NCBI GenBank assembly: GCA_035648675.1
Contig: DASRKZ010000100.1
Span: 1 to 42,494 of the forward strand
Reading direction: 5' to 3'
Source of the DNA: Solirubrobacteraceae bacterium
GTDB taxonomy: Bacteria; Actinomycetota; Thermoleophilia; Solirubrobacterales; Solirubrobacteraceae
Length of the DNA: 42,494 nucleotides
The first letter of the stretch is position 1, and the number at the start of each line of letters is the position of its first letter. Both the position numbers and the translations under genes were made by a program. Of the stretch, positions 28,400 to 39,445 are shown one piece after another. The notes under the pieces are model-generated. The model saw only the letters and a program-made list of their open reading frames with translations. It had not been told where the DNA came from and made no database searches.

Positions 28400-29059
28400 A
28401 TGGCGCTGCAACTTGGCGAGGAAGCACCCGACTTCGAGGCTGACACCACCGAGGGTCGCATCAAATTCCACGACTGGATCGGCGACTCCTGGGCGGTGCT
28501 GTTCTCGCACCCGAAGGACTTCACGCCCGTCTGCACGACCGAGCTCGGCTACATGGCGAACGCCAAGCCCGACTTCGACAAGCGCAACGTGAAGATCATC
28601 GGCCTCTCGGTCGACGCCCTCGACAATCACGAGGCGTGGGCGAAGGACATCGAGGAGACCCAGGGTGCGGCACCCAACTACCCGATCATCAGCGATGACG
28701 ACTTCAACGTGTCAAAGCTCTACGGCATGTTGCCCGCGAGCACGTCCGGCGACCCGCTCACGCGCACGCCGGCCGACAACCAGACGGTCCGGAACGTATT
28801 CGTGATCGGACCCGACAAGAAGGTCAAGCTGATCCTCATCTACCCGATGACGACCGGCCGTAACTTCGACGAGGTCCTGCGGGTGATCGACTCACTCCAG
28901 CTCACCGCCTCGCACAAGGTCGCCACGCCGGTCAACTGGCATCCGGGTGAGAAGGTGATCATCGCGGGCTCGGTCTCCAACGACGAGGCCAAAGAGACCT
29001 ACCCGGATGGGTGGGAGGAGCCCCGCCCCTACATCCGACTCGTGCCGCAGCCCTCGTAG
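28400..29059 (+). CDS. 1-Cys peroxiredoxin (Prx6 family)
   Basis: FSHPKDFTPVCTTE, YPMTTGRNFDE, VATPVNW. Confidence 0.95.
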   Translation: MALQLGEEAPDFEADTTEGRIKFHDWIGDSWAVLFSHPKDFTPVCTTELGYMANAKPDFDKRNVKIIGLSVDALDNHEAWAKDIEETQGAAPNYPIISDDDFNVSKLYGMLPASTSGDPLTRTPADNQTVRNVFVIGPDKKVKLILIYPMTTGRNFDEVLRVIDSLQLTASHKVATPVNWHPGEKVIIAGSVSNDEAKETYPDGWEEPRPYIRLVPQPS

Positions 29060-29065
29060 TCGAAG

Positions 29066-29566
29066 TCAATCGTTGGCGGGGTGGGGGAGCAGCAGCTCCT
29101 CCACCCGCTCCAGCAGGTGCTCGAGGATCCGTGCGGTGGCGCCCCAGATGAGGTGGTCACCGAGGATGTAGGCGTCGGTCTCGAAGGAGATCCCGCGGCG
29201 TTCCATGCGTGTGCGTGTTCTGCTCTCCCGCAGGGCACGCAGTGGGAGCTCGAGCACGGCGTCGACCTCGCGCTCGGATACCCGCCAGGCAAGGCCGGTG
29301 GGGATCAGGCCGACGAATGGGTGGATCAGGTAGTTGGTTACGAAGGTCGAGGTGGGTGGGAGCGTCCCAAGCAGGCGCACCTCCCTGCGGGGCAGCCCGA
29401 TCTCCTCCTCGGCCTCGCGCAGAGCCGTGTCCTCCAGGGCGGCGTCCTCGGGGTCGCGCCGGCCGCCGGGAAAGGAGATCTCGCCCGCGTGGCGGCGCAG
29501 GTCTCCCTGCCGGCGGGTGAAGACGGCATGAGGCTCCCCGGCCGTGAGGAATAGTGGGACGAGCAC
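29066..29566 (-). CDS. Nudix CoA pyrophosphatase
   Basis: AVLVP, R.HAGEISFPGG, ALREAEEEIG, IWGATA; start uncertain (first in-frame GTG past the osmC stop). Confidence 0.85.
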   Translation of the reverse strand: MLVPLFLTAGEPHAVFTRRQGDLRRHAGEISFPGGRRDPEDAALEDTALREAEEEIGLPRREVRLLGTLPPTSTFVTNYLIHPFVGLIPTGLAWRVSEREVDAVLELPLRALRESRTRTRMERRGISFETDAYILGDHLIWGATARILEHLLERVEELLLPHPAND

Positions 29567-29586
29567 CGCCGCGGGGGTTTGAACGG

Positions 29587-30027
29587 CTATCGGGACATGA
29601 GCTGCACGCGCTCGACACGCTCCTCGAACATGACCTCGCCGTCGAGTGCGCGGTGGACAGGACACTTCGCGGCGATCACCCGCAGGCGCTCGAGCTGCTC
29701 CTCGGGCACGTCCTCGGGCAGGCGCATCACCAGCTCGAACCGTGTCGGGCAACCGCGCTCGGCGGGGCTGTACTGCACGTCGACCTCGACATGGCCGAGG
29801 TCCCAGCCCTTGCGCGCGGCGTACATCTCCATCGTGATCGCGGTACACGATGCGAGGCTGACCGCGAGCAGCTCCTGTGGATCGGGGGCGGAGTCATCAC
29901 CGCCCGCATCCAGTGGCTCGTCCACCGTGACCTGGTGGTCGCGCACCTGCACCGTGTGCTTGAACGTTCCGTCGTCGTCGCGTCGCGCGGTGGCTCTCAT
30001 CCGTGTTGGCCTCTCCGTTGCATTCAT
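29587..30027 (-). CDS. OsmC/Ohr family protein
   Basis: DEP..GG, SLASCT and KCPVHRAL two-Cys signature. Confidence 0.92.
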   Translation of the reverse strand: MNATERPTRMRATARRDDDGTFKHTVQVRDHQVTVDEPLDAGGDDSAPDPQELLAVSLASCTAITMEMYAARKGWDLGHVEVDVQYSPAERGCPTRFELVMRLPEDVPEEQLERLRVIAAKCPVHRALDGEVMFEERVERVQLMSR

Positions 30028-30085
30028 CTCGATTCCTCCAATCCACCCCTCCGGCTCCCTCCTACATGGTACTCCGGAAGGAGCG

Positions 30086-31390
30086 TCATGAAAGGGGATT
30101 CAACAGCAAACCCGTGAGCAGCTTGGGAAAGAAGTAGGTCGACTTCGGCGGCATGTTCTCGCCCGCCGCCGCGATCTCGCGGACCTGGTCCACCGGAGTG
30201 GGGCGCATCACGAAGGCCGCGTCGTACTCGCCGGATCTCACCAGCGCGAGCGCCTCGGCGGTGTCGCGCGCGTAGAAGAGGCCGTTGAAGTGGGAGATGT
30301 CATCGTCGCTCAGGCCGAGCGCGTTCTTCAGCAGCAGCGTCTCCAGTACGCCCGTGTCTAGGCGGCGGTAGGCCGCGGAGTGCCCGGGGAGCGCGGCGTC
30401 GGCGATCGCCTGGTCCTTCAACGTCAGGCGCCGCGCGCGCCCGTCGCGAATGTCGATGTAGCCGAGCTCCAGCGGTGGTCCCCCGCCCGTGGGTGGGGCG
30501 ATCTGCTCGACGGGCACCTCGGCGACGTCGAAGTCGCGGCGCAGCGCCTGGTCGAGCGCCTCCCAGCGTCGCTCGTCGAGCCCGCGGACGAGGCGGTGGG
30601 TGGGAAACACGGTCAGCCCGGGGTCCTCGAGCGCGACGAGGCACATCAGGATGTAGCGGTGCTCGCCCTGCGGCGCCGGCCCGGTCGCGCCGCCGATCTC
30701 CTCCGCGTAAGTTTTCATCGTCTCGTAGCGATGGTGACCGTCGGCGATCAGCAGCTCAGCGTCGCGCGTGGCCGCCTGCACCGCGGCGATCGCACGCGGG
30801 TCGGAGACACGCCACAGGCGGTGAACGGTGCCGTCCGCGTCTGTGACCTCGCCCCACGGCGTCCCTTCGGTGGCCGGCGCAAGCGCCTCCCAGGCGGCAT
30901 CCTTGGGATCGGAGTAGAGCGAGAAGATCGGGGAGATGTTCGCCCGAGTGGCTCTCGTCAGACGCAGCCTGTCCTCCTTCGGGCCGGGATGCGTGCGCTC
31001 GTGTGGCCGCACGCGGCCGGGGCCGTAATCCTCGATCCGCACGCGGCAGAAGAAGCCCCGCCGGGTCCGCGCCTGGCCGTCGGGGCCGGTGTAGTCCTGT
31101 GTGTGGGCCCACAACGCGGGCTCGCGGTCGCGTGTGAGCGCCCCCTGGAGCTGCCAGTTCTCGAACAGTTCGCCCGCGGTCGCGTAGACGTCCCGCCCGC
31201 TCTGGCCGCCCGCGTCTCCCGAGTCGCCGTGGGGCAGGTCGATGGCGACGATGTTGTATGGCGAGCGCGCCACCAGCTCGGCGCGCTGAGCGGCGTCGAT
31301 CACGTCATACGGCGGTGCGACCACGTCCGCGAGAGGGCCGACGACGGACAGGTCGTAGTGCAGCGCACGCAGCGGTTGGACGTCGGCCAT
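30086..31390 (-). CDS. DUF1015 family protein
   Basis: PPYDVI, PHERT, IADGHHRYET, MPPKSTYFFPKL; start ATG 31390. Confidence 0.9.
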   Translation of the reverse strand: MADVQPLRALHYDLSVVGPLADVVAPPYDVIDAAQRAELVARSPYNIVAIDLPHGDSGDAGGQSGRDVYATAGELFENWQLQGALTRDREPALWAHTQDYTGPDGQARTRRGFFCRVRIEDYGPGRVRPHERTHPGPKEDRLRLTRATRANISPIFSLYSDPKDAAWEALAPATEGTPWGEVTDADGTVHRLWRVSDPRAIAAVQAATRDAELLIADGHHRYETMKTYAEEIGGATGPAPQGEHRYILMCLVALEDPGLTVFPTHRLVRGLDERRWEALDQALRRDFDVAEVPVEQIAPPTGGGPPLELGYIDIRDGRARRLTLKDQAIADAALPGHSAAYRRLDTGVLETLLLKNALGLSDDDISHFNGLFYARDTAEALALVRSGEYDAAFVMRPTPVDQVREIAAAGENMPPKSTYFFPKLLTGLLLNPLS

Positions 31391-31632
31391 ACGGAGGCGG
31401 AGGCTAGCAGCTGAAGTCGGCGAGCTGCGCGAGTTCTGGGCCGGCGAACTCGTGGTTGAGCCGAGCTCGATCCGGATGCAACGCAAGTCGAACAGCAATC
31501 AGCTCACAGGCCGCATGTGGCGCTCGCGACACGGCGTTCTCACGATCCGTGTGTGCGATACATGCTTTCGGTCAAGTCTCCAGGCATGGATGGATTCCCT
31601 ACGCTCCGGGTGGGAGTAGACTGACCTCACTT

Positions 31633-31706
31633 CGGGGCGTGGCGCAGCCTGGTAGCGCGCACCGTTTGGGGCGGTGAGGTCCCCGGTTCGAATCCGGGCG
31701 CCCCGA
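31633..31706 (+). tRNA. tRNA-Pro(TGG), CCA end not encoded
   Basis: CGGGGCG/CGCCCCG acceptor stem, anticodon arm CACCG-TTTGGGG-CGGTG, GGTTCGAATCC T-loop. Confidence 0.97.
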
Positions 31707-31739
31707 TACGGAGAAAGTCCCTGCAAATTGGCTGGGTAG

Positions 31740-32675
31740 AAGGATCTCGGTCTGACCCAGACCCAGGTGTCGGTCTTGGCCGCGCTGCGTGACGCGCCGC
31801 TAGGCCTCGTCTCGATCCGAGCAGTGGCACGCAGAGCCGGCGTCTCACCGACCGCCAGCGCGCACGCGCTGGACGCTCTGCTTGGAGACGGACTCGTCAA
31901 GCGCGAGTCCACGACACTCGCTGCCGGCTCTGCGAGGCCGGCGGAGCTTCTGCATCTGAATCGCCGTGCGCCGCGCTGGAGGCGGATAGCCCCCTTGCTG
32001 GCTCCTGTGCGACCGCCCGTTCGTCCCGTTGCCCCGCGCGAGCAGCGGGTCCCGCCGGCCCTGCGCCATCTGTTCTGGAACACCGCGCCGGCGCAGCTGG
32101 ACGTTCTCCGCGGCGGCCCCTACATCGCACGCCGGCTGCTGCGCACGATGGATCTCGAGGGGCTTGCGTGGGGCGCGAGCAACCTGAGAAGCGCCGACTG
32201 GCTGCAGGCACAGAAGGCGCGTGGTCTTGACGCCCAGGTGCGGGCGCTTGCCCGCAACCTCGCGGCCACAGCAGGGGATGGCACGAAGGTTGAGTTTCTG
32301 CACGCCGATGAGGTACGCCGGCAGCTGTTGCTGCGCGAGCCGACCGAGGTGGCCGGACTGCGCGTAGCGGCACTCGAGGACCTGATGGCGATGAAGCTGA
32401 AGGTGATCGGCGATCGCGGCGAGGCGCGCGACTACTTCGACGTCATGAGCATCGATGAGAATGGCGCCGTGACGCTCGAGGACGGCATCGCCCTGTTCCT
32501 CGAACGCTACGAGCTCGCATCATCAAGCGAGGCCCTGTCGCACCTGGTCGGTGCGCTCGGCTACCTCGACGACGTGGAGCAGGACGACTCGCTGCCGCTT
32601 GACAAACGTGCCCTCGCTCGCTGGTGGCAGGAGCGCCAACCCCGCCTCGTGCGCGAGCTGAGCCGCCGAGGCTAG
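31740..32675 (+). pseudogene. Fused remnant of an AbiE-like (type IV TA) pair: HTH/antitoxin-like part joined to the C-half of a nucleotidyltransferase toxin
   Basis: HTH-like N-part and LFWN motif, then AMKL..RGEARDYFD; the N-terminal GG..DxD catalytic half is absent; reading frame opens after a stop at 31737 with no start until 31767. Confidence 0.6.
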
Positions 32676-32729
32676 CGCCCCAAGGTCACCTCGACACGCA
32701 ACTCCACTACAGGTTATGCGACCGCTACG

Positions 32730-34340
32730 GTGGAGCTCATGGCTGCTCCGATCGACGCGCGGACGAAGCGCCTGACCCTGATCGCATGCATCATGGGCTC
32801 GGGGATAGTGCTGCTGGACGGCACCGTCGTAAACGTCGCGCTGCCCACGATTCAGCGCGCGCTTGGCGGTGGCCTGGCCGCACAGCAGTGGGTGGTGAAC
32901 GGCTATCTGCTGACGCTCAGCTCCTTGATCCTCGTGGGAGGATCGCTGGGGGATCTGTTTGGCGAGCGGCGCGTCTTCGCGATCGGTGTCTCGGGCTTCG
33001 GCCTCGCCTCGCTCGCCTGTGCGCTCGCGCCCACGATCGAGGTGCTCGTGGCCATGCGCGCGCTGCAGGGGGTGGCCGGCGCCCTGCTCGTGCCCAGCTC
33101 GCTCGCGGTGATCGTCAACACGTTCCCGGGTGGGGAAGGGGGCTCCAAATCCGAGCGCGGCGGCGCGATCGGCAGCTGGACGGCGTGGGGCGCGATCGCC
33201 GGGGTGCTCGGGCCGCTGGCCGGGGGCGAGCTGCTCGCGATCGGCTCCTGGCGGTGGCTGTTCATCATCAACATCCCGCTCGCGATCGTCTGCGTCTGGC
33301 TGATCCTGTTCGCGGTCCCACGCGCCGCGCCGCGCCGCGCCGGGGCCCGCCGGGTCGACGTGCCCGGCGCCCTGCTGTGCGCGGCGGGTCTCGCCGGTCC
33401 GGTGTTCGCGCTGATCGAGCAGCCGCGCCTGGGCTGGGCGAGTCCCGCGGTGATCCTCCCGCTGATCGCCGGGCTGGGGCTGTTGGGGGCATTCCTTTGG
33501 CACGAGTCCCGTGCGAGCGATCCGATGCTCCCGCTCGGGCTGTTCCGCCGGCGCAACTTCTCGGCCGGCAACATCGAGACGTTCTCGATGTATGCGGGTC
33601 TGGCGGTGCTGTTCTTCTTTCTGATCCTGTTCCTCCAGCAGATCGGCGGGTACACGCCGTTGCAGAGCGGTCTGGCGACATTGCCCGTGACCGTGATCAT
33701 GTTCGCCTTCTCCCGCCGCTTCGGGGCGCTCGCCGACCGTTTCGGCCCGCGCTTCTTCATGGGTGGCGGACCGCTTGTGGCGGCCTGCGGGCTGTTGCTG
33801 TTCCAGCGGATCGGCACCCACGTCGACTACGTCTCGGAAGTGCTCCCCGGGCTGCTCCTGTTCGCGCTGGGGCTGTCGATGACCGTCGCGCCGCTCACCG
33901 CCGCGGTGCTCGCCGGCGCCGAACCGTCACAGGCGGGTATCGCATCGGGCGTGAACAACGCGATCGCGCGCGTCGCCGGCCTGCTCGGCACCGCCGCCGT
34001 GGGGGCCGTCGTCGCGGGCTCCTTCAGCTCCGCGCTCGACGAGCATCTGACGGGCGTGAGGCTCGGAGGAGCCGCGCGTGCCGCGGTGATTCAGGCCAAG
34101 CGGCTCCCGCTCGGACGCCCAGATGTGCACGGTCTCATCGGCAGTCAGGCGAGTGCGCTGACGAAGGCCGCCGAGCAGGCCTCCCTGCACAGCTTTCACC
34201 TCGGCATGGCGATCGCCGGCGTGCTCGTCGCGGCCGGGGGTGTCGTGGGAGTGGTGGGGATCCGCAACCCAAAGCGCGTGGTGCGTGCCGAAACATGCCC
34301 CGGAGGGCAGCTCGTGGGGGCTAGTCCAGACGCCGTCTAG
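32730..34340 (+). CDS. MFS drug:H+ antiporter (DHA2, EmrB/QacA-like)
   Basis: LDGTVVNVALPTI, GSLGDLFGERRVF, WRWLFIINIP, about 14 TM segments. Confidence 0.93.
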   Translation: MELMAAPIDARTKRLTLIACIMGSGIVLLDGTVVNVALPTIQRALGGGLAAQQWVVNGYLLTLSSLILVGGSLGDLFGERRVFAIGVSGFGLASLACALAPTIEVLVAMRALQGVAGALLVPSSLAVIVNTFPGGEGGSKSERGGAIGSWTAWGAIAGVLGPLAGGELLAIGSWRWLFIINIPLAIVCVWLILFAVPRAAPRRAGARRVDVPGALLCAAGLAGPVFALIEQPRLGWASPAVILPLIAGLGLLGAFLWHESRASDPMLPLGLFRRRNFSAGNIETFSMYAGLAVLFFFLILFLQQIGGYTPLQSGLATLPVTVIMFAFSRRFGALADRFGPRFFMGGGPLVAACGLLLFQRIGTHVDYVSEVLPGLLLFALGLSMTVAPLTAAVLAGAEPSQAGIASGVNNAIARVAGLLGTAAVGAVVAGSFSSALDEHLTGVRLGGAARAAVIQAKRLPLGRPDVHGLIGSQASALTKAAEQASLHSFHLGMAIAGVLVAAGGVVGVVGIRNPKRVVRAETCPGGQLVGASPDAV

Positions 34341-34458
34341 GACGGTCGTGAGTCGAGCGGGGCGCGGACGCAGGGAGCGTGGCGTGCTGTGCACGCGAGC
34401 GACCGAGGACAAAGCACCGATCGAAGATCGGCTAGCGAAGCGCTCACGCCCGTCCTAG
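34337..34458. mobile_element. MITE/REP-like element, copy 2, bounded by CTAG
   Basis: CTAGGACGGTCGTGAG ... CTCACGCCCGTCCTAG inverted ends (1 mismatch); shares internal blocks with 2555-2601. Confidence 0.65.
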
Positions 34459-34758
34459 ACGGGTTCGCGCGCGTAGGCTCGCATTGCGTCGATGATCGGC
34501 CCGAGCCGGCGGCCGCGCGCGGTGAGCCGGTACTCGACCATCGGTGGGCTGGAGGGGATCACCGTGCGCTCGATCAACCCGGCCGCCTCGAGGTCGCGCA
34601 GGCGCTCGGAGAGCATCCGCGGTGAGATGCCCGCGACCGCGTCGGCGAACTCGTTGAAGCGCAGCGCTCCGGTGAGGGCCGCGTAGACGATCGAAAGCTG
34701 CCAGCGGCGCTCGAGCAGGTCCGCGGTCTGGCGGACCTCCTCGGGGACCGGCTCACAT

Positions 34759-34775
<17 letters not shown>
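34455..34775 (-). CDS. HxlR-family winged-helix regulator
   Basis: [33 protein letters not shown]. Confidence 0.9.
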
Positions 34776-37194
<2,419 letters not shown>

Positions 37195-37216
37195 ATGAGC
37201 TTACGAAAGTTTAGTT

Positions 37217-37245
37217 AGTATAGCGCCAGGTCGTTGCGAGCGCAA
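37217..37245 (-). promoter_or_regulatory. sigma70-type promoter of lon
   Basis: TTGCGC-17 nt-TATACT on the minus strand, 22 nt above the ATG. Confidence 0.7.
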
Positions 37246-37306
37246 GTACTTTTGGGGTCACCCCATAAATGGCGTTGCAGAGCCTTAAATGGGCTTAAGA
37301 GATGTA

Positions 37307-37472
37307 CGAGCCGCACATGTGCGGCTCGCCGGACGGCGCATGCGCCGTCCGCGGGAGGGCCGCATGCGGCCCTCCTCGGGGGCGCGCATGCGCGCCCCCG
37401 CCTGCCGCGCATGCGCGGCAGGAACGTCGGGCCGCATGCGGCCCGACGCAGGCAGGTGCATGCACCTGCCTG
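37307..37472. repeat. Array of seven perfect CATG-centred palindromes (22-24 bp each)
   Basis: Units at 37307-28, 37330-51, 37354-75, 37377-400, 37401-22, 37425-48 and 37449-72 are each their own reverse complement. Confidence 0.95.
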
Positions 37473-37515
37473 AACCACATCAGCCTCCTTCCAATGCGCC
37501 TGTCTGACCCGAGCC

Positions 37516-38472
37516 TTACCCGGGACCGTCGAAGTTGACCTCGACGTTCTCCTCCTCGACGCGCTCCTCGGTCTCCGCGGATGACGTGAGCGCGCGCTTG
37601 TCGGCGTCGAGCAGCGGTTGCGAGAAGAAGCTACGCGGCCACAACCGCCGCGCTCGCACGACGTTGATCTCCGCCGCGATCAGCGTGACCTGGCCGCCGA
37701 GATAGAGCCAGGCGAGCAGGCCGAGGACGAACGCGAACAGGCCGGAGGTCTCCTGCGCGTGGCGGACGACATGCGCGACGTAGTAGCCGCCGATGTGCTG
37801 CAGGATCTGCCACAGCACGGCCGCGAAGATCACGCCGGGGATCAGATCGCGAGTCGGTATCTCCTCAGGGCTGAGGAACCGGAAGGCGGCGAAGAACAGC
37901 AGCAGGTTGAACACCAGCGCGAGCAGGACCCCGCCGATCACGGCAACGAGCCCCTCCGTCTGCGCGGTCACGTAACCGGCGGCGACGGTCGAGACGATCA
38001 GCAGCAGGCCGAGGACGGCGATCAGACCGAGCCCGCGCAGCCGCCAGGCGAGGAAGTTTGGCCGGTGCTTGCGCGGGATGTGCCAGACCTGCTGGAAGGC
38101 ATTCTGGGTGACGCCGACGATCCCGAGGCCGCCGAGCAGCAGTCCGACGACGCCGATCGCCAGCGCGCCGGCGCTGCCTTTGATCGAGTGGATGTTGCTC
38201 TGCAGCTGGTTGCCGATGATCGGGAACTGGCCGAGGGTCGAGTGCAGGACTTCGGTCTGGGTCTTCGGATCTCCTTCGAGCACGAAGCCGAGCACCGTGA
38301 CGAGCACGAGCAGCAGTGGGAACAACGAGACGAAGCCGTAGTAGGCGATCAACGCCGCGAGCTGCCCGGCCTGGTCGTCACCGAACTTCTTGATCACCGC
38401 GGCGGGGAAGCTCAGCCGCCGGTGGCGCTGCTGGATGCGGTCCAGCGCCTGGAGACGATCGGTGAGGCTCAT
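37516..38472 (-). CDS. YihY/virulence factor BrkB family membrane protein
   Basis: AALIAYYGFVSLFPLLL, PG.I.AA.LW, LAWLYL...LIAAEIN; start ATG 38472. Confidence 0.92.
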   Translation of the reverse strand: MSLTDRLQALDRIQQRHRRLSFPAAVIKKFGDDQAGQLAALIAYYGFVSLFPLLLVLVTVLGFVLEGDPKTQTEVLHSTLGQFPIIGNQLQSNIHSIKGSAGALAIGVVGLLLGGLGIVGVTQNAFQQVWHIPRKHRPNFLAWRLRGLGLIAVLGLLLIVSTVAAGYVTAQTEGLVAVIGGVLLALVFNLLLFFAAFRFLSPEEIPTRDLIPGVIFAAVLWQILQHIGGYYVAHVVRHAQETSGLFAFVLGLLAWLYLGGQVTLIAAEINVVRARRLWPRSFFSQPLLDADKRALTSSAETEERVEEENVEVNFDGPG

Positions 38473-38644
38473 CCGATCGCACGCGAACCGATCGCCGCTC
38501 CGATCAAAGCAGCACGGACACCGGCTTGGCGAGAGTCGAATTGGGAGGGGGGTCTCGGTGCGGGAACGCTCGACATGGGGTGTGTCTACCCGATGTGAGC
38601 CGCAAATACGAGCGCTGGACGGCCGCCTGCGAATCGGCGCCGAG

Positions 38645-39235
38645 GTGGGCGAGAGCTCCGATCGGGTCCCCAACGGGCCCGGCCGGCTACAGGAGATGGC
38701 GCTCGTCGTGCAGGCCCGCCGCGAGCTGTTGCTGCGCGCGCACCGCCACCGGTTACGGAAGGAGGATCTGGAGGATTGCTACAGCCAGGCCACGCTCGAG
38801 CTGCTCGCGCAAGCGCGCGGGGGAAGCGCGTTCTCGACTCGCCTGCACATGGCCAATGTGCTCGAGCAGCGGTTCCTCTCGCGGATTCACGATCGCCGCC
38901 GCGCCCTGCGCGGGCGCAGCCCCGCGCAGGCGGCGCTCGACGACGCGCTGTCGTTGGGAGGCTGCGGTGAGGGAGATCTCGAGGTCGCGGATGTCCGCGC
39001 CGAGACCGACAAGCTCGTGATGCTGCGGATGGATCTGCGCAGCCTGGGAAGGGTCATGCCCGAGCTGACACCGGATCAACGACTTGTCCTGATCAGCAGG
39101 GTCGACGCGGGCATCGAATGCGTCGAGTTCTGCCGCCGGTCCGGATGGTCAAAGGAGAAGTACCGCAAGGTCGCCCAACGTGCCCGGGCGCGCCTGCGAG
39201 AGCTGCTGGCCCGTGAGGAAGATTTTTGCGTGTGA
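38645..39235 (+). CDS. Divergent ECF/sigma70-like regulator
   Basis: Region-2-like EDLEDCYSQATLELL..IHDRRRA and region-4-like LTPDQRLVL..KVAQRARARLRELL; start 38645 or 38696. Confidence 0.6.
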   Translation: MGESSDRVPNGPGRLQEMALVVQARRELLLRAHRHRLRKEDLEDCYSQATLELLAQARGGSAFSTRLHMANVLEQRFLSRIHDRRRALRGRSPAQAALDDALSLGGCGEGDLEVADVRAETDKLVMLRMDLRSLGRVMPELTPDQRLVLISRVDAGIECVEFCRRSGWSKEKYRKVAQRARARLRELLAREEDFCV

Positions 39236-39445
39236 GTGTCCCGTTCGGGGCCGGTGGTCGGAGAGGGAGATAGGGACCCCTATGAATATCTCTCCCCCCA
39301 TTCATAGGTGTTCCCAGGGACGCCGGCGATCGATCGGACGGACGAGCGCTCGGCGATGCCCATCCGCTGGCGACCGGAGGCCGGGTACCTCCTTGCCCTG
39401 GCTTCCGGTCGCCTGCTTGCTCGGATGTGCGGCGGTGAGCGGGTA

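Noticed and set aside
31709-31725. GAAAGTCC resembling RNase P RNA
   Set aside because: Isolated match immediately after the tRNA, without the remaining conserved helices
37195-37300. HspR (HAIR) or CIRCE operator upstream of lon
   Set aside because: No CTTGAGT-N7-ACTCAAG or TTAGCACTC-N9-GAGTGCTAA match seen
37307-37472. CRISPR array or simple tandem repeat interpretation of the palindrome array
   Set aside because: There is no identical direct repeat with unique spacers and no cas gene; each whole unit is self-complementary
37215-37538. Short ORFs over the palindrome array
   Set aside because: Arg/Ala/Pro-rich translations on both strands are a by-product of GC-rich symmetric DNA
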